Shown here piece after piece: positions 41,236 through 53,173 of a stretch of DNA of 64,000 nucleotides. Position numbers and translations under genes: made by a program. The notes under the pieces are model-generated. The model was not told the DNA's origin. It saw only the letters and a program-made list of their open reading frames with translations, and made no database searches. Source of the DNA: Pirellulales bacterium (GTDB lineage: Bacteria > Planctomycetota > Planctomycetia > Pirellulales > PALSA-1355); assembly GCA_963733035.1 (NCBI GenBank), contig CAVTBU010000005.1, positions 1,056,001-1,120,000 on the forward strand. The letters are read 5' to 3'. Within the stretch, counting starts at the first letter, position 1. Every line of letters starts with the position of its first letter.

Positions 41236-43550
41236 ATGGCCAATTCACAGCCGGATTTAAGCACGATCCGCGAGCGAAGCATTCAGCGCATGAGCGGGGG
41301 CCTACCTGGCCTCGGCCTGCTGTTGCTCGCCGTCATCGTCTACTGGCCAACGCTCCAAAACGGCTATGTATCGGATGATAGCGGCTACGTCGTGAGCAAC
41401 TTCTCGCTGCGTTCCGCGCAGGGCCTCTACGATCTCTGGTTTACGATTGGCACGGTTCAACAGTACTATCCGCTCGTGTTCTCGATGTTTTGGGGAGAGT
41501 ATCACCTCTGGGGGCTCGACCCGACGGGCTATCACGCGGTGAACATGCTGCTGCATGCAACGGCGGCGATTCTGCTGTGGCGCGTGCTGGTGCGCATCGA
41601 AGTGCCAGGGGCCTGGCTTGCCGCGGCGATCTTTGTCGTGCATCCGGTAGAAGTCGAGAGTGTCGCTTGGATCAGCGAACGTAAGAATGTCCTGTCTTGC
41701 GCGCTGGCGCTGGCGGCGATGCTGGCGTACTGGCGTTTTGCGCCGCCGGAATTGGCGACCGAGCCGGGCGGGCCCCATCGAAGTGCACGCGCTTGGCGCT
41801 TCTACCTGCTTGCGCTGCTGCTGTTCGTCGGCGCGCTGCTCAGCAAGACCGTTACGGCCAGCATGCCGGCCGTGCTGCTGGTGATCGTGTGGTGGAAACG
41901 GGGACGCGTGACTTGGGGTGACGTCGGGCCGCTGGTGCCGTTTTTCAGCGTTGGCATCGGTCTGGGCATCCTGACCGTCTGGATGGAAAAGGTCTATGTG
42001 GGGGCGCAGGGAGATCGCTTTCAATTCACGATCGTCGACCGGCTGCTGATCGCCGGTCGGGCCGTCTGGTTCTATGCGGGCAAATTGGCCTGGCCGTATC
42101 CCTTGATGTTCTTCTATCCACGCTGGACGATCGATCCGCACGTTTGGTGGCAATACCTCTTTCCGATCGCGGCGGCCGCCTTGCTGGTTACCTTGTGGCT
42201 TGCCCGGAAGCGAATCGGGCGAGGCCCGCTGGCGGCCGCGTTGATTTTCGGCGGTGTGTTGGTGCCGGCCATTGGATTCTTTGACGTCTTTCCGTTTCGA
42301 TTTTCATTCGTCGCCGACCACTATCAATACCATGCCAGTATCGCGCTGATTACCCTGGCGACCGCGACACTGACGACGGCGGTAACGAAAATTGCAGGCC
42401 ACACAAGATGGGCTCTGCCGATCGTGGCCGCGGCAATACTCATTCCGTTGACGATCCTCGCCCACCAAAAAACGCACGTCTATTGGGACGACTTCACACT
42501 GCACTCGGACGTGGCGCGGTTGTATCCAGATTCCTGGGTCGCGCACAACAATATCGCCGGAATCTACCTGAACGAAAAGAAGTACCCAGAGGCGATCGAG
42601 TCGCTACGGCGCACCATCCGACTCATTCCGAACGACCCCGTGCCCCACGGCAACCTTGGCCGGGTATTGACCGAGTTGGGAGACTACGACCAGGCCCGGG
42701 CCGAGCTCGACACGGCCATGAAGTTGCACGTCGACAAGGACGAAAAGGCCTGGATCCTACGGCTCATCGGTGAACTGCAACTCAAGCAAGATCAAACCGA
42801 TGAAGCGCTCGATAGTTTCAATACGTCCATCGAGCTGCATCTCGACTGGACCGCGGTGATGCAGCGCGGACGCATCCGGGCCATGCGCGGCGATGTCTCG
42901 GCGCGCTCGACGATCTGGACCTGGCGTTACGTCTGCAACCCGATAGCTTCGAGGCTCGCGAACTGAGGGCAAAGGTATACGCGAGCACGGGCGAGTTCGA
43001 CAAGGCACTTGCCGACTTGCGGGAGTTACAACGCCAACTGCCGGATAGTGCAAACGTGCAACTGCAAACGGCGGGCGTGCAACAGGCCGCCGGGCATCCG
43101 AAAGAGGCGCTCGCGGCCTACGAGCGGGCAATCTCGCTTGATCCTGGGATGGTCGCGGCCTACCTCGGCCGTGGCGATTTGTACCTCGCGCTTGGACAGC
43201 GAGCAAAAGCAGCCGGCGACTACCGTAGCGCATTACAGTTGACGCCCGAGGACGTCGCCGCGCTGAACAATCTCGCCTGGATCCTGTCGACGTCGCCCGA
43301 GGCCGAATTGCGTGACGGCCGGCGAGCCGTGGAATTGGCCGCCGCCGCGTGCCGGGCCACCGAGCACCGCCGGGCCGAATTGTTGGGCACGCTGGCTGCC
43401 GCCCATGCCGAGGCAGGCGATTTCTCGGCTGCCGTGGAATGGGCGCAAAAGGCAATCCAGACGGCTGAGCCGCCGCTTAAGGAAGAGCTCGAGGACCAAC
43501 TTCAGGCCTACCAAATGCGGCGTCCCTGGCGCGATGTTCCGGCCCCCTAA
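41236..43550 (+). CDS. TMTC-like membrane glycosyltransferase (GT-C type) with C-terminal TPRs (frameshift near 42900)
   Basis: SDD..YV..N, YYPL, YHAVNMLLH, HPVEVESVAWISERK, ADHYQY, then TPRs and ALNNLAWILST..E..LRDG. Confidence 0.85.
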
Positions 43551-43614
43551 ACATCTGCGAAACTCATTTGCAGGTCATATCTTAGGAAAATCATTAGGCT
43601 GCGAATGTTTTTCG

Positions 43615-43642
43615 TTGACATTGGTTTGTGCCGGCTTAAAAT
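43615..43642 (+). promoter_or_regulatory. Sigma70-type promoter candidate
   Basis: TTGACA-N16-TAAAAT upstream of 43750. Confidence 0.6.
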
Positions 43643-43749
43643 CCCACCTGGGTGTGACTATGCACACCCGTCTCCGTAAGGAGAGGATCTACACGGCGTT
43701 TTGCGAGCCGCCTGATCTTCGGGCTCTTCCCCGCGCAGAGGAGTAGCTA

Positions 43750-46700
43750 ATGACGTTGAAAAAAACGATTTACTCCGCCACAAACGAGATGTGCGGAGTG
43801 ATAAACGCATCGTCGTGGCGGAAAGGCACTCGATTCTTCACTGCCGCCGGAACTTGCCTGGCAGTTGCCTTCACGTTGCAGACAAGTCTACCGCAGGTCC
43901 AGGCCCAGACATTCACAAACGCCACCGCGGCGGCCGGCATCAACCACACGCAATTCGAAACGCCGCCGCTGTTCTATCAGTTCTCCGAACAACGGATTCA
44001 AACCGGAGGCGTGGCAGCCCGCGACTACGACGGCGACGGCTACGTCGATTTGTATTTCACGCGGATGGATGCGCCTGACCTGTTGTACCACAACCAGGGA
44101 AACGGCACGTTCTCGGTGGTCGATCCAAGCGTCACCGGCATCAACCGCGGCATTGGCTCGAACGGCGCGGCCTGGGGCGACATCAACAACGACGGCAAGG
44201 CCGATTTGTACGTCACGACGGTCGACGACACGCGCAACTACCTGTACGTCAACAACGGTAACGGCACGTTTACCGAGCAAGCAGTTGCGCGCGGCGTCGA
44301 CGTATCGGGCAAGGGCGCCGCCTTCAGCCCCACGTTTGGCGACTACGATGGCGACGGCTACCTCGACATGTTCACCACCTCCTGGCTCGACGTGACGGGC
44401 AAGGGTACGCGGCTGTTTCACAACCAAGGCGCCGCGCACCCGGGCTTCTACACCGACGTGACCGTGGCGGCTGGCGTCGACATGTCGCAGCAAACGAGCT
44501 ACCAGGGCGTGACCAACGCCACGTTTGCGTTCTCGCCCCGGTTCACGGATTTGGATCACGACGGCCACGTCGACCTGGCGGTGACCGGCGACTTCAACAC
44601 CAGCCGTTTGTACTGGAATAACGGCGACGGCACGTTCACCGACGGCACCAACGCGGCCGGCGTGGGCATCGACAACAACGGCATGGGCTCGGCCGTGGGC
44701 GATTTCAACGGCGATGGCCAGCTCGACTGGTTCGTCTCATCGATCTACGACGACAACATTCCGAACAACGCCGGCTGGAAGGGGAACGGCAGCCAGCTTT
44801 ACATCAACAACGGCGACCGCACGTTCGACGCCACCGCCATGGACACGTACTGGGGCTGGGGCAGCACCGGCTTCGACTACGACAACGACGGTCAACTCGA
44901 TCTGGCCGTGACCAACGGCTTCGACGCTCCCGATGAAATCACCACGATCGAGAACAAATTCAATCACAACCCCACGTTGCTCTATCACAACGACAATGGC
45001 ACGCTGACCGACGTGGCCACGGCCGAAGGTGTGACCGACATGGACTCGGGCAAGGGGCTGTTGGTTCTCGACTACGATAACGACGGCAAAATGGACATGA
45101 TTGTCGTCAACAACGAAGGCGCCCCGATCCTCTATCACAATGACTCGACCACGCTCAACGACTGGATCGGATTCGATACCGTGGGAACCGTCTCGAACGC
45201 GGACGGATTCGGCGCGTGGATCACGGTGGTGGAAAACGGAGTCTCGCAGGTATTCGAAGTCAGCGCCGGCAGCAACTACCTGGGACAAAACGACAAGCGA
45301 GCTCATTTCGGCCTGGGCGCCGGCGACGGCATTCTCGATTCGGTATCGATCGCCTGGCCCAGCGGAATCAGCCAGACGTTTACCAACGTGCCGGAGAACC
45401 AATACTATGTGCTGAACGAATCAACCGGTTTGGGTCCCTTCGTCACCACTCCCGAACCTTCGACGGTGGCGCTGGCGATCTTGGCCGCGTTCTGTATCGG
45501 GTGTTGTCGCTCGGCCGGTCGTAAGGCCTTGCGGACGAAACGACAAATCGCGCTGTTGGTTTGCATCATCGGCGGCTCGGGCGCCGTTGCGCGCGGCGAT
45601 GTGATTACCGACTGGAACGGGGTGTGGGCTCAAACGATTCGTGAAACCGCGACGACGCATGGCGTGAATGCCGGGCCAGGACCGGTGGCGCGCGCCAACG
45701 CCATGATGTTCGGGTCGATCTACGACGCAATCAATTCGATTGACAACACGCACCAGCCCTATTTGGTCAATTACAACGTCCCGTCGGATACCAGCCGTGA
45801 AGCGGCCGCCGCCAGCGCCGCCTACCGCATCATGTCGTCGATTTACGGCAGCGGCGCGACGCAGCAGGCCCGATTCGACAATCAACTGGCGAGCAATCTG
45901 GCAAACATTCCGGATTCTCCTGGCAAAACCGCCGGCATTGCGTTGGGCACGGCCGTGGCCGATGCCATGATTGCCGCCCGGACCAACGACGGCTCGGGCG
46001 TATCGAGCACCTACACGCTCAATCCAGACGCCGGATATTGGCGTCCGGCCTTTGGGCAAGAACCGATTGTTCCGTCGTGGGGCAGCGTCACGCCGTTCAC
46101 GATGACCTCTGGCACGCAGTTTCGTCCCGGTCCTCCGGGCGGCTATAGCGACATGCCGTCGCTGCTGGCCAGCCCCGAGTATGCCGCGCAGGTTGCCGCC
46201 GTGCGCGAGCTGGGAGCGCTGGACAGCACCACCCGCACGGCCGATCAAACCGAGATCGCCGAGTTTTGGGCGAACGACAACCCGGGAACGTTCAAGCCGA
46301 TTGGCCAACTCGACCAATGGACCCAAGTCGTGGCCACGAGCCAGGGGCTTTCGCTCAGCGACGAAGCGCGGCTGTTTGCACTGAGCAGCCTGGCGATGGC
46401 CGACGCTTCGATCGTATCGTGGGATATCAAGTACGATACGAACATCGACCTCTGGCGGCCGCGCGACGCGATTCGCGAGGTGGTCGACGACGGCAATTCG
46501 CTGACCGTTGCGGACCCGACCTGGCAGCCGTTGGCGCTGATTGTCGACGGCAACCCGGCGCCGGCGTTTCCGTCGTACGTCTCGGGGCACGCGGTCTTCG
46601 CCTCCACGCAGGCGGCGATTCTCACCTCGTTTTTCGGCACCGACGACATTTCCTTCAGCCTGACCTCGGACACCTCCACGGCGACTCGCTCGTTTGATAG

Positions 46701-46932
46701 TTTTTCGCAAGCCGCGCTGGAAGACGCTTCGAGCCGCGTCTTTCTGGGGGTGCATTTCCCCTGGGATGCCGACGCCGCGTTGCCGTCCGGAACGGCGCTA
46801 GGGCAATACGTTTCCGACAACTTCTTGCTGCCGGTCGCGGTCGTGCCGGAACCATCATCCATCGTGATGGGAATCCTGGGTGCAATGGCACTGGGAATCT
46901 TAGGATGGCGGAAGACTCGTCGAACCGGGTAG
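43750..46932 (+). CDS. CRTAC1/ASPIC-UnbV FG-GAP protein fused to a vanadium-dependent haloperoxidase-like protein, with two PEP-CTERM signals
   Basis: DYDGDG.DL repeats, HFGLG...I.WPSG; internal TPEPS-TM-basic; K...WRP, PAFPSYVSGH, SRVFLGVHF; terminal VPEPS...RKTRR. Confidence 0.9.
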   Translation: MTLKKTIYSATNEMCGVINASSWRKGTRFFTAAGTCLAVAFTLQTSLPQVQAQTFTNATAAAGINHTQFETPPLFYQFSEQRIQTGGVAARDYDGDGYVDLYFTRMDAPDLLYHNQGNGTFSVVDPSVTGINRGIGSNGAAWGDINNDGKADLYVTTVDDTRNYLYVNNGNGTFTEQAVARGVDVSGKGAAFSPTFGDYDGDGYLDMFTTSWLDVTGKGTRLFHNQGAAHPGFYTDVTVAAGVDMSQQTSYQGVTNATFAFSPRFTDLDHDGHVDLAVTGDFNTSRLYWNNGDGTFTDGTNAAGVGIDNNGMGSAVGDFNGDGQLDWFVSSIYDDNIPNNAGWKGNGSQLYINNGDRTFDATAMDTYWGWGSTGFDYDNDGQLDLAVTNGFDAPDEITTIENKFNHNPTLLYHNDNGTLTDVATAEGVTDMDSGKGLLVLDYDNDGKMDMIVVNNEGAPILYHNDSTTLNDWIGFDTVGTVSNADGFGAWITVVENGVSQVFEVSAGSNYLGQNDKRAHFGLGAGDGILDSVSIAWPSGISQTFTNVPENQYYVLNESTGLGPFVTTPEPSTVALAILAAFCIGCCRSAGRKALRTKRQIALLVCIIGGSGAVARGDVITDWNGVWAQTIRETATTHGVNAGPGPVARANAMMFGSIYDAINSIDNTHQPYLVNYNVPSDTSREAAAASAAYRIMSSIYGSGATQQARFDNQLASNLANIPDSPGKTAGIALGTAVADAMIAARTNDGSGVSSTYTLNPDAGYWRPAFGQEPIVPSWGSVTPFTMTSGTQFRPGPPGGYSDMPSLLASPEYAAQVAAVRELGALDSTTRTADQTEIAEFWANDNPGTFKPIGQLDQWTQVVATSQGLSLSDEARLFALSSLAMADASIVSWDIKYDTNIDLWRPRDAIREVVDDGNSLTVADPTWQPLALIVDGNPAPAFPSYVSGHAVFASTQAAILTSFFGTDDISFSLTSDTSTATRSFDSFSQAALEDASSRVFLGVHFPWDADAALPSGTALGQYVSDNFLLPVAVVPEPSSIVMGILGAMALGILGWRKTRRTG

Positions 46933-47129
46933 GCGCATCGGCGGGGACTCGCCATTGAGCGTGGCCACGTAACGGGGGGCCACTGGCCCGGCGCCGCCAT
47001 TCCGCTTGTCCAGAGCGCGGTTTGCAGCCGCGCGGCCGACGGCTTACAGTGGCGTCTACCAGATACTTGGTTTCATGCCGCAAGCGTCCCGCGGTACAGC
47101 TGGGCGATTTGCCCTTCACGGAGTCTTAA

Positions 47130-48239
47130 ATGAGACGTTTTCGTTTGGTCCTTGGCTTCACGCTCTGCTGGGTCGGCGCGGCGACTGCGGTCAGCGCGGC
47201 CGCACCCCGCGCCACGGAGAACGTTATTTTGCTCATGACCGATGGCCTGCGCTGGCAAGAGGTCTTTACCGGCGCCGAGGAATCGCTGATGACCAAAGAG
47301 CCGGGCGGCGTGAAGGACGTCGACGGTTTGAAAGCCGAATTCTGGCGCGAGACGCCCCAGGAGCGCCGCACGGCGTTGCTGCCGTTTCTGTGGGGCACGG
47401 TTGCCAAACAGGGCCAGATCTTCGGCAACCGCGAAAAAGGGAGCTACGCACAAGTCACCAACGGCATGCATTTTTCTTACCCCGGCTACAACGAAACGCT
47501 GTGTGGCTTTGCCGACCCACGGATCGACTCGAACGACAAGGTGCCGAATCCCAACGTCACGGTGTTCGAGTGGCTCAATCGCCAGGCAAAGTATCACGGC
47601 GCGGTGGCCGCTTTCGGCGTCTGGGATTGTTTCCCTTACATCTTCAACCGCGACCGCTGCGGCTTCTTGATCAATGCCGGCTTCGAACCCCTGCCCGGCG
47701 GCGACCGGAACCCGCGCATCGCCTTGCTCAACGAACTGAAAACCGGCACCACGGCGTACTTTGGCGCTGAACCGTTTGATTCGTTCGAGATTCAATCGGC
47801 GATCGAATACCTCAAGGACAAGCAGCCTCGCGTTTTCTTCCTCTCGCTCAATGAAACCGACGCCTGGGGTCACGCGGGCCGCTACGATCTGTATCTCAAG
47901 TCCGCGCATGCGGCCGACGCGTGCCTCAAGCAGATCTGGGACACGGTGCAGGCGCTCCCGCAATATCGCGGCAAGACGTCGATTCTGATGACCGTTGATC
48001 ACGGGCGCGGCGACGCGCCTGTGGATTGGAAGAGCCACGGCGAAAAGATCGCCAAGAGCGAATACATCTGGCTGGCTGCCATCGGACCCGACACGCCGGC
48101 AATGGGCGAACGCGCGGACTCGACGCCGATCACGCAAAGCCAGGTCGCCGCCACGGTGGCTGCTTTGTTGGGCGAAGACTTTTGCGCCGCGGTTCCGCAA
48201 GCGGCCGGGCCGATCGCCGACGTGTTGCCCAAAAACTAA
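47130..48239 (+). CDS. Exported alkaline-phosphatase-superfamily metalloenzyme
   Basis: TDGLRWQEVF.G, FSYPGY, ETDAWGH, DHGRG, HG. Confidence 0.85.
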   Translation: MRRFRLVLGFTLCWVGAATAVSAAAPRATENVILLMTDGLRWQEVFTGAEESLMTKEPGGVKDVDGLKAEFWRETPQERRTALLPFLWGTVAKQGQIFGNREKGSYAQVTNGMHFSYPGYNETLCGFADPRIDSNDKVPNPNVTVFEWLNRQAKYHGAVAAFGVWDCFPYIFNRDRCGFLINAGFEPLPGGDRNPRIALLNELKTGTTAYFGAEPFDSFEIQSAIEYLKDKQPRVFFLSLNETDAWGHAGRYDLYLKSAHAADACLKQIWDTVQALPQYRGKTSILMTVDHGRGDAPVDWKSHGEKIAKSEYIWLAAIGPDTPAMGERADSTPITQSQVAATVAALLGEDFCAAVPQAAGPIADVLPKN

Positions 48240-48291
48240 TCTCGGTCACGGGTCGACGACCCTGCCGACGCTGGCAAAAGGATCCCACTCG

Positions 48292-51190
48292 ATGCACGCT
48301 ACCCTGTTGTGCCTGGCAATTGTGCTGGCCGCCGAGGCAAACGACGCTCCGCTTGAAATTCCCCAGGTGGTTGACCCGCGATTGCGAATCGAACTTTTCG
48401 CGGCCGAGCCCGAGATTGTCACGCCGTGCGGCATTACGGTCGACGCCCAGGGACGCGTGCTGGTTGTCGAGAGCCATACGCACTTTCGCCCCGAAGATTA
48501 TGTGGGGCCGCCGGCGGACCGGATTCAAATGTTTGCCGACACCGATGGCGACGGACATGCGGACCGCATCACGACGTTTCACGAGGGGACGCGTTACACG
48601 ATGAACGCAGGCGTGCATCCTGATGGCTCGGTGTACGTTGCCACGCGGATGAAAATCTTTCGCCTCCGCGATACCGACGGCGATGGTCGGGCCGACGAGA
48701 ACACGCCGATCGCGCACTTGGAAACCAAGGGTGATTATCCGCACAACGGACTGTCCGGATTCGCTTTCGACTTTGCCGGCAACGTGTATTTCGGGCTGGG
48801 CGAAAACCTGGGGGCCAGGTTCAAACTCATCGGCACCGATGGTTCGCTCGTCAGCGACCTCGAGGGAGGGCAGATCTATCGCTGTCAGGCCGATGGGAAA
48901 AAGATCGAGCGCGTGGCATTTGGCTTCTGGAATCCGTTCCACTTGGCATTCGACGCGTTTGGCCGCTTGTTCGCCGTGGACAACGATCCCGACTCGATGC
49001 CTCCTTGTCGGCTGATGCACATTGTCGACGGCGGAAACTACGGCTATCGCTATCGGAACGGGCGGAAAGGAGTGCATCCCTTCACCGCCTGGAACGGCGA
49101 ACTGCCCGGCACGCTGCCGATGGTGGCCGGCACCGGCGAGGCGCCCTCTGGCGTTTTGGCGTACGAGTCAGATCAACTACCGGAAGATTATGTCGGCAAT
49201 TTACTGGTCACCAGCTGGGGCGACCATCGCATCGAGCGTTATCGCCTCGAGCCGCGGGGCGAGCTTTCAGGCCGTGACCGAGCCCATCGTCAAAGGCAAC
49301 GAGAACTTTCGGCCGGTTGGCATCGCGGTCGCCCCCGATGGTTCGCTTTTCGTCAGCGATTGGGTGCTGAAAGACTACAACGTGCACGGCAAGGGACGCC
49401 TTTGGCACATCACCGCGGCTGCTTCCCAAACGCGGACTCGACCAACAGAACCCGACGAGGCGATTCATTCAAAGGATCGGCAAGTGCGAGAGGCCGCGGC
49501 ACGCACGCTGGCGGGCAGTGACGAAGGTCGCGCCAGGCTGGCCAGGCTGGCCAAGGACGACGAATCGCCTCGAGTCCGTTCGCTATCGCTGGCGGCATTG
49601 CAGTCCGTGGGAGAAACGGACGCCGTGGTTGCGGCCGCCGCGAGCGATTCCTCGGTCGATGTCCGGTCGGCGGCAGTCCGCTATTTGGGTAACACGGCCG
49701 GCTGCTCCGCAAACCTGAAGCAACAACCGTCGCCAGAGGTTCGCGCGGAGGTGATGCGGCATTGCTTGGATCCCGCCGTGAAGGAGACGCTGTGGCAAGC
49801 GGTTGCGGATCCTGATGCGTTCGTGGCCCAGGCGGCGCGGCAGGGGCTGACGGAACTGCATGCCGTTGACGCGAACATTGATTTGGACGAACTTTCGGCC
49901 CCACAGCGTCTGGCGGCGCTGCTTATCCTGCGCGAAGCAAACGTACCCGGTGGAACGCGGTTGCTGCCGCGGCTGCTTCGCGATCCGAACGTGGACGTGC
50001 GTTTTGCCGCCGTGCAATGGGTGGGAGAGGAACGTCTGACGGAGTTTCGCGAGCCGCTCGTGGAAGCCCTTTCCGCAGGACCGGCCACCGCGCGTTTGTT
50101 TGGGGGTTACCTGTCGGCGCTCGAACGCCTGGAAGGGGTTAGCCGCATCCCATCGAACGAGTGGAGCGGGGAACAATACATCGTTCTTGCGCTTGAGGAC
50201 CCCGCGACCAGCCCCGAAGCACGACGCTGGGCGCTGCGAATGTTGCGACCCGACCATCCCCTGCTCACCGTTGACCGTTTGCGGCAGTACCTGACAGGCG
50301 AAGACGAAGCCTTGCAATTGGAAGCCGTCCGTTCGCTGCGCGACTCCCGACTTGCGGAGCGGGATACACTTTTGGCGGAAGTCGCCGGGTCAGACGCGTA
50401 CTCGCCGCGGCTCAGAGCGGAAGCAATTGTCGGACTGGCGCCAAATTCGGATTCGACGAAAAAACTTCTCGTACAGTTGGCCGGCGGCAACAATCGTTCC
50501 TTGCGCAATGAAGCTCTCCGCTCGCTTCGGGGGGCCGAACTCGATGCGGGGGATGTCGGGCAGCTAAAGGCGCTTGCCAGCAACGATGCGTCATTGGCCG
50601 AAATGGTTACCCGCGTGCTGGAACCGAAGAACAATAGCCTGGCGCCGTCGAACACCAATGTCGACGCCTGGGTGAGCCTGCTAGACGGCAGCGGCGACCC
50701 CGAGGCGGGCGAGCGAATTTTCTTTCATCGCCAGGCCGCGGCCTGCGCGCGTTGTCACCAAATTGAAGGTCGGGGTGCCAAGGTGGGTCCGGAGTTGACG
50801 GCAACCGCACGCACACTCGACGAACGGCGGCTCGTCGAGTCGATCGTCCAGCCAAGCAAGGAAATTGCCCCGCAGTTCGTCTCTTGGCTGGTGGTAACCA
50901 AGTCGGGCCAGCCGCTGACCGGCGTGTTGGTTCACGAGGAAGCGACGGGCGAACAAACCTACGCGGATCAGCAGGGAAAGCTGACGGTACTCACGCCCGA
51001 TGAAATCGAGTCGCGTCGACCGCAAGCCACGTCGCTGATGCCCGACGGCCTGCCGGGGCAGATGACCGTACAGGAATTCCGCGACCTCTTGGCGTTTCTG
51101 CGAGGTCCCGGTGCATCGACCGCCGCGTCCGCAACATCGGCGCCGGCAACTCCCGCCGGACTGGGAAACGCGAGTAACAGTGGCAATTGA
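48292..51190 (+). CDS. PVC-type heme-binding CxxCH protein (propeller, HEAT repeats, cytochrome c; frameshift near 49260)
   Basis: ELFAAEPEIVTP, DTDGDG.AD, GFWNPF, FRPVGIAVAPDGSLFVSDW, CARCH, GPEL, SLMPDGL, DLLAFL. Confidence 0.88.
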
Positions 51191-51355
51191 CGCGGTAAAG
51201 CCAAAGCCTTAAACTAGTTGGCTCGCCACTTCGAACGGCCCGGAGCTGGCGGGCGGACTGTCATTTTTGAACCTGGCCGAGGTTTCTACCCAACGCCGGT
51301 CGTTCCCTCGTGGTTTGGGAACAAGCTGCCGGTGTGCCAAGACAAGGAGATTTTT

Positions 51356-52096
51356 GTGGCGACTGTTCTCGTCCAGCAACTCATCGAAGCGGGGGTTCAC
51401 TTTGGCCATCGGGCAAGCCGCTGGAACCCCAAGATGCGGCCCTATATCTACGCCCGGCAGAACCTGATCCATATCATCGACGTCCGCGAGACGATCCGCG
51501 GACTGTTGCGGGCCAGGAAGTATCTCAAGCAGGTGGCATCGAACAACAGCCTGGCCTTGTTCGTCGGCACCAAGCGGCAAGCGGGTGACACGATCGAGCG
51601 GGAGGCGGAGCGCTGCGGCATGCCCTACGTCAGCGATCGTTGGCTCGGTGGCACGCTGACGAACTTCCGCACGATTCGCAATCGGCTTACCCGGCTCGAG
51701 GAGCTCGAAGCCTTGCGTTCCGGCGACCAGCTCGGCACCTATTCGAAGAAGATGCAGTCGGCGCTACAGCGAGAATTCCGCAAGATGTATCGCAACCTGC
51801 ACGGCATTCGCACGATGCACCGCCTGCCCGAGTGTCTGGTGGTTGTCGATCCCAAGAAAGAACGCAACGCCATCCGCGAAGCGCACGCGCTGGGCATTAC
51901 GACCGTGGCGCTGATCGATACGGACAGCGATCCGGATACCGTCGATTTGCCGATCCCCGGCAACGACGACAGCATTCGTTCGATTGAGTTGATCGTGAAG
52001 CAACTGGCCGACGCGATCAATGAGGGCAAAGCCGGCACGACGGACGAAATGGAACGCCAAAAGACCGACGCGACCGCGGAGCAGCCGGTTGGCTAA
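51356..52096 (+). CDS. rpsB: 30S ribosomal protein S2
   Basis: EAGVHFGH...[30 protein letters not shown]. Confidence 0.97.
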   Translation: MATVLVQQLIEAGVHFGHRASRWNPKMRPYIYARQNLIHIIDVRETIRGLLRARKYLKQVASNNSLALFVGTKRQAGDTIEREAERCGMPYVSDRWLGGTLTNFRTIRNRLTRLEELEALRSGDQLGTYSKKMQSALQREFRKMYRNLHGIRTMHRLPECLVVVDPKKERNAIREAHALGITTVALIDTDSDPDTVDLPIPGNDDSIRSIELIVKQLADAINEGKAGTTDEMERQKTDATAEQPVG

Positions 52097-52279
52097 ACGC
52101 GGGCAGTCAGGCAACCGCACGGCTGATTGCCGCTGCCTCGCTTGACTGCAACGAAAACAGACCGCGACGCGCGGCCGATGGGTTGCGGGTCGCCGGCGGC
52201 CGGCGAGTTGGCGGTTCTCTTTGCCGCCGGCCAGATGACGACATTGCCAGAATTGACTGATAAGGAAGGACTTTGACCC

Positions 52280-53110
52280 ATGGTTGAGATCAAGGCGGCA
52301 GCCGTGAAGTCGCTGCGCGACAAGACGGGCCTGCCGATGATGAAATGCAAGGAGGCGCTGCAGGCCACCGAAGGCGACGAGCAGGCCGCCATCGACTGGC
52401 TCCGCAAGGACAACATCAAGGTGCAGGAAAGCCGCGTCGGACGCGAAACCGCCTTCGGCCGCATGGGCCTGTACGTCGATTGGGACGGCGGTGTTGGCGC
52501 GCTGGTCGAACTGCTTTGTGAAAGCGCCCCGGTGGCCGCGAACGACGAGTTCGTTTCGCTGGCCGCGGACATGGCAAAGCAACTCGCGACCGGCAAAGGT
52601 GCCGCAACCGGCGACGAACTTCTCGGGCAGCCATCGCCTTCGAAATCAGGTCAGACCCTCAAGGACGAGATGCTCGACGTTTCGAACCGGATTCGCGAAG
52701 TTTTCAAGGTCGGCCGCGTAGCCCGCATCGACGGTCGCTGCGCGGGCTATGCCCATCACGCCGGTCGCACGGTCGGCGTGCTGTTGGAGGTGGAAGGGGG
52801 CAACCCCGAGGCCGCCAAGGACGTTTGTCTGCACATCGCTTCGATGTCGCCCGCGGTGCTGGCCAAGGAAGACATTCCCGCCGCCGAGGTGGAGAAGGAG
52901 CGCGAAATTCTGTCGGCCGCCGCGCGCAACGAAGGCAAGCCCGAGAACATCATCACCAAGATGGTCGAAGGTCGTCTGCGAAACTTCTATGCCGAGCGCG
53001 CCCTGCTCGAACAGCCCTTTGTGAAGGACGACAAGAAAACGGTCGCCCAGTTCGCCAAGGACAACGGCATGAAGATTCTCAAGTTCATCAAGTGGGAACT
53101 CGGCAAGTAA
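52280..53110 (+). CDS. tsf: Elongation factor Ts
   Basis: VKSLRDKTGLPMMKCKEAL, EGKPENII.KMVEG, LLEQPFVKD. Confidence 0.96.
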   Translation: MVEIKAAAVKSLRDKTGLPMMKCKEALQATEGDEQAAIDWLRKDNIKVQESRVGRETAFGRMGLYVDWDGGVGALVELLCESAPVAANDEFVSLAADMAKQLATGKGAATGDELLGQPSPSKSGQTLKDEMLDVSNRIREVFKVGRVARIDGRCAGYAHHAGRTVGVLLEVEGGNPEAAKDVCLHIASMSPAVLAKEDIPAAEVEKEREILSAAARNEGKPENIITKMVEGRLRNFYAERALLEQPFVKDDKKTVAQFAKDNGMKILKFIKWELGK

Positions 53111-53173
53111 TCTGGGTACGGCGATAAGACTGGCGGGGCCGGCGCCAGTCAGCTCGCGTGGAGAAATACGAAC

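Noticed and set aside
51200..51355. S2 autoregulatory leader upstream of rpsB
   Set aside because: The position is plausible, but I could not match a defined structure by eye.
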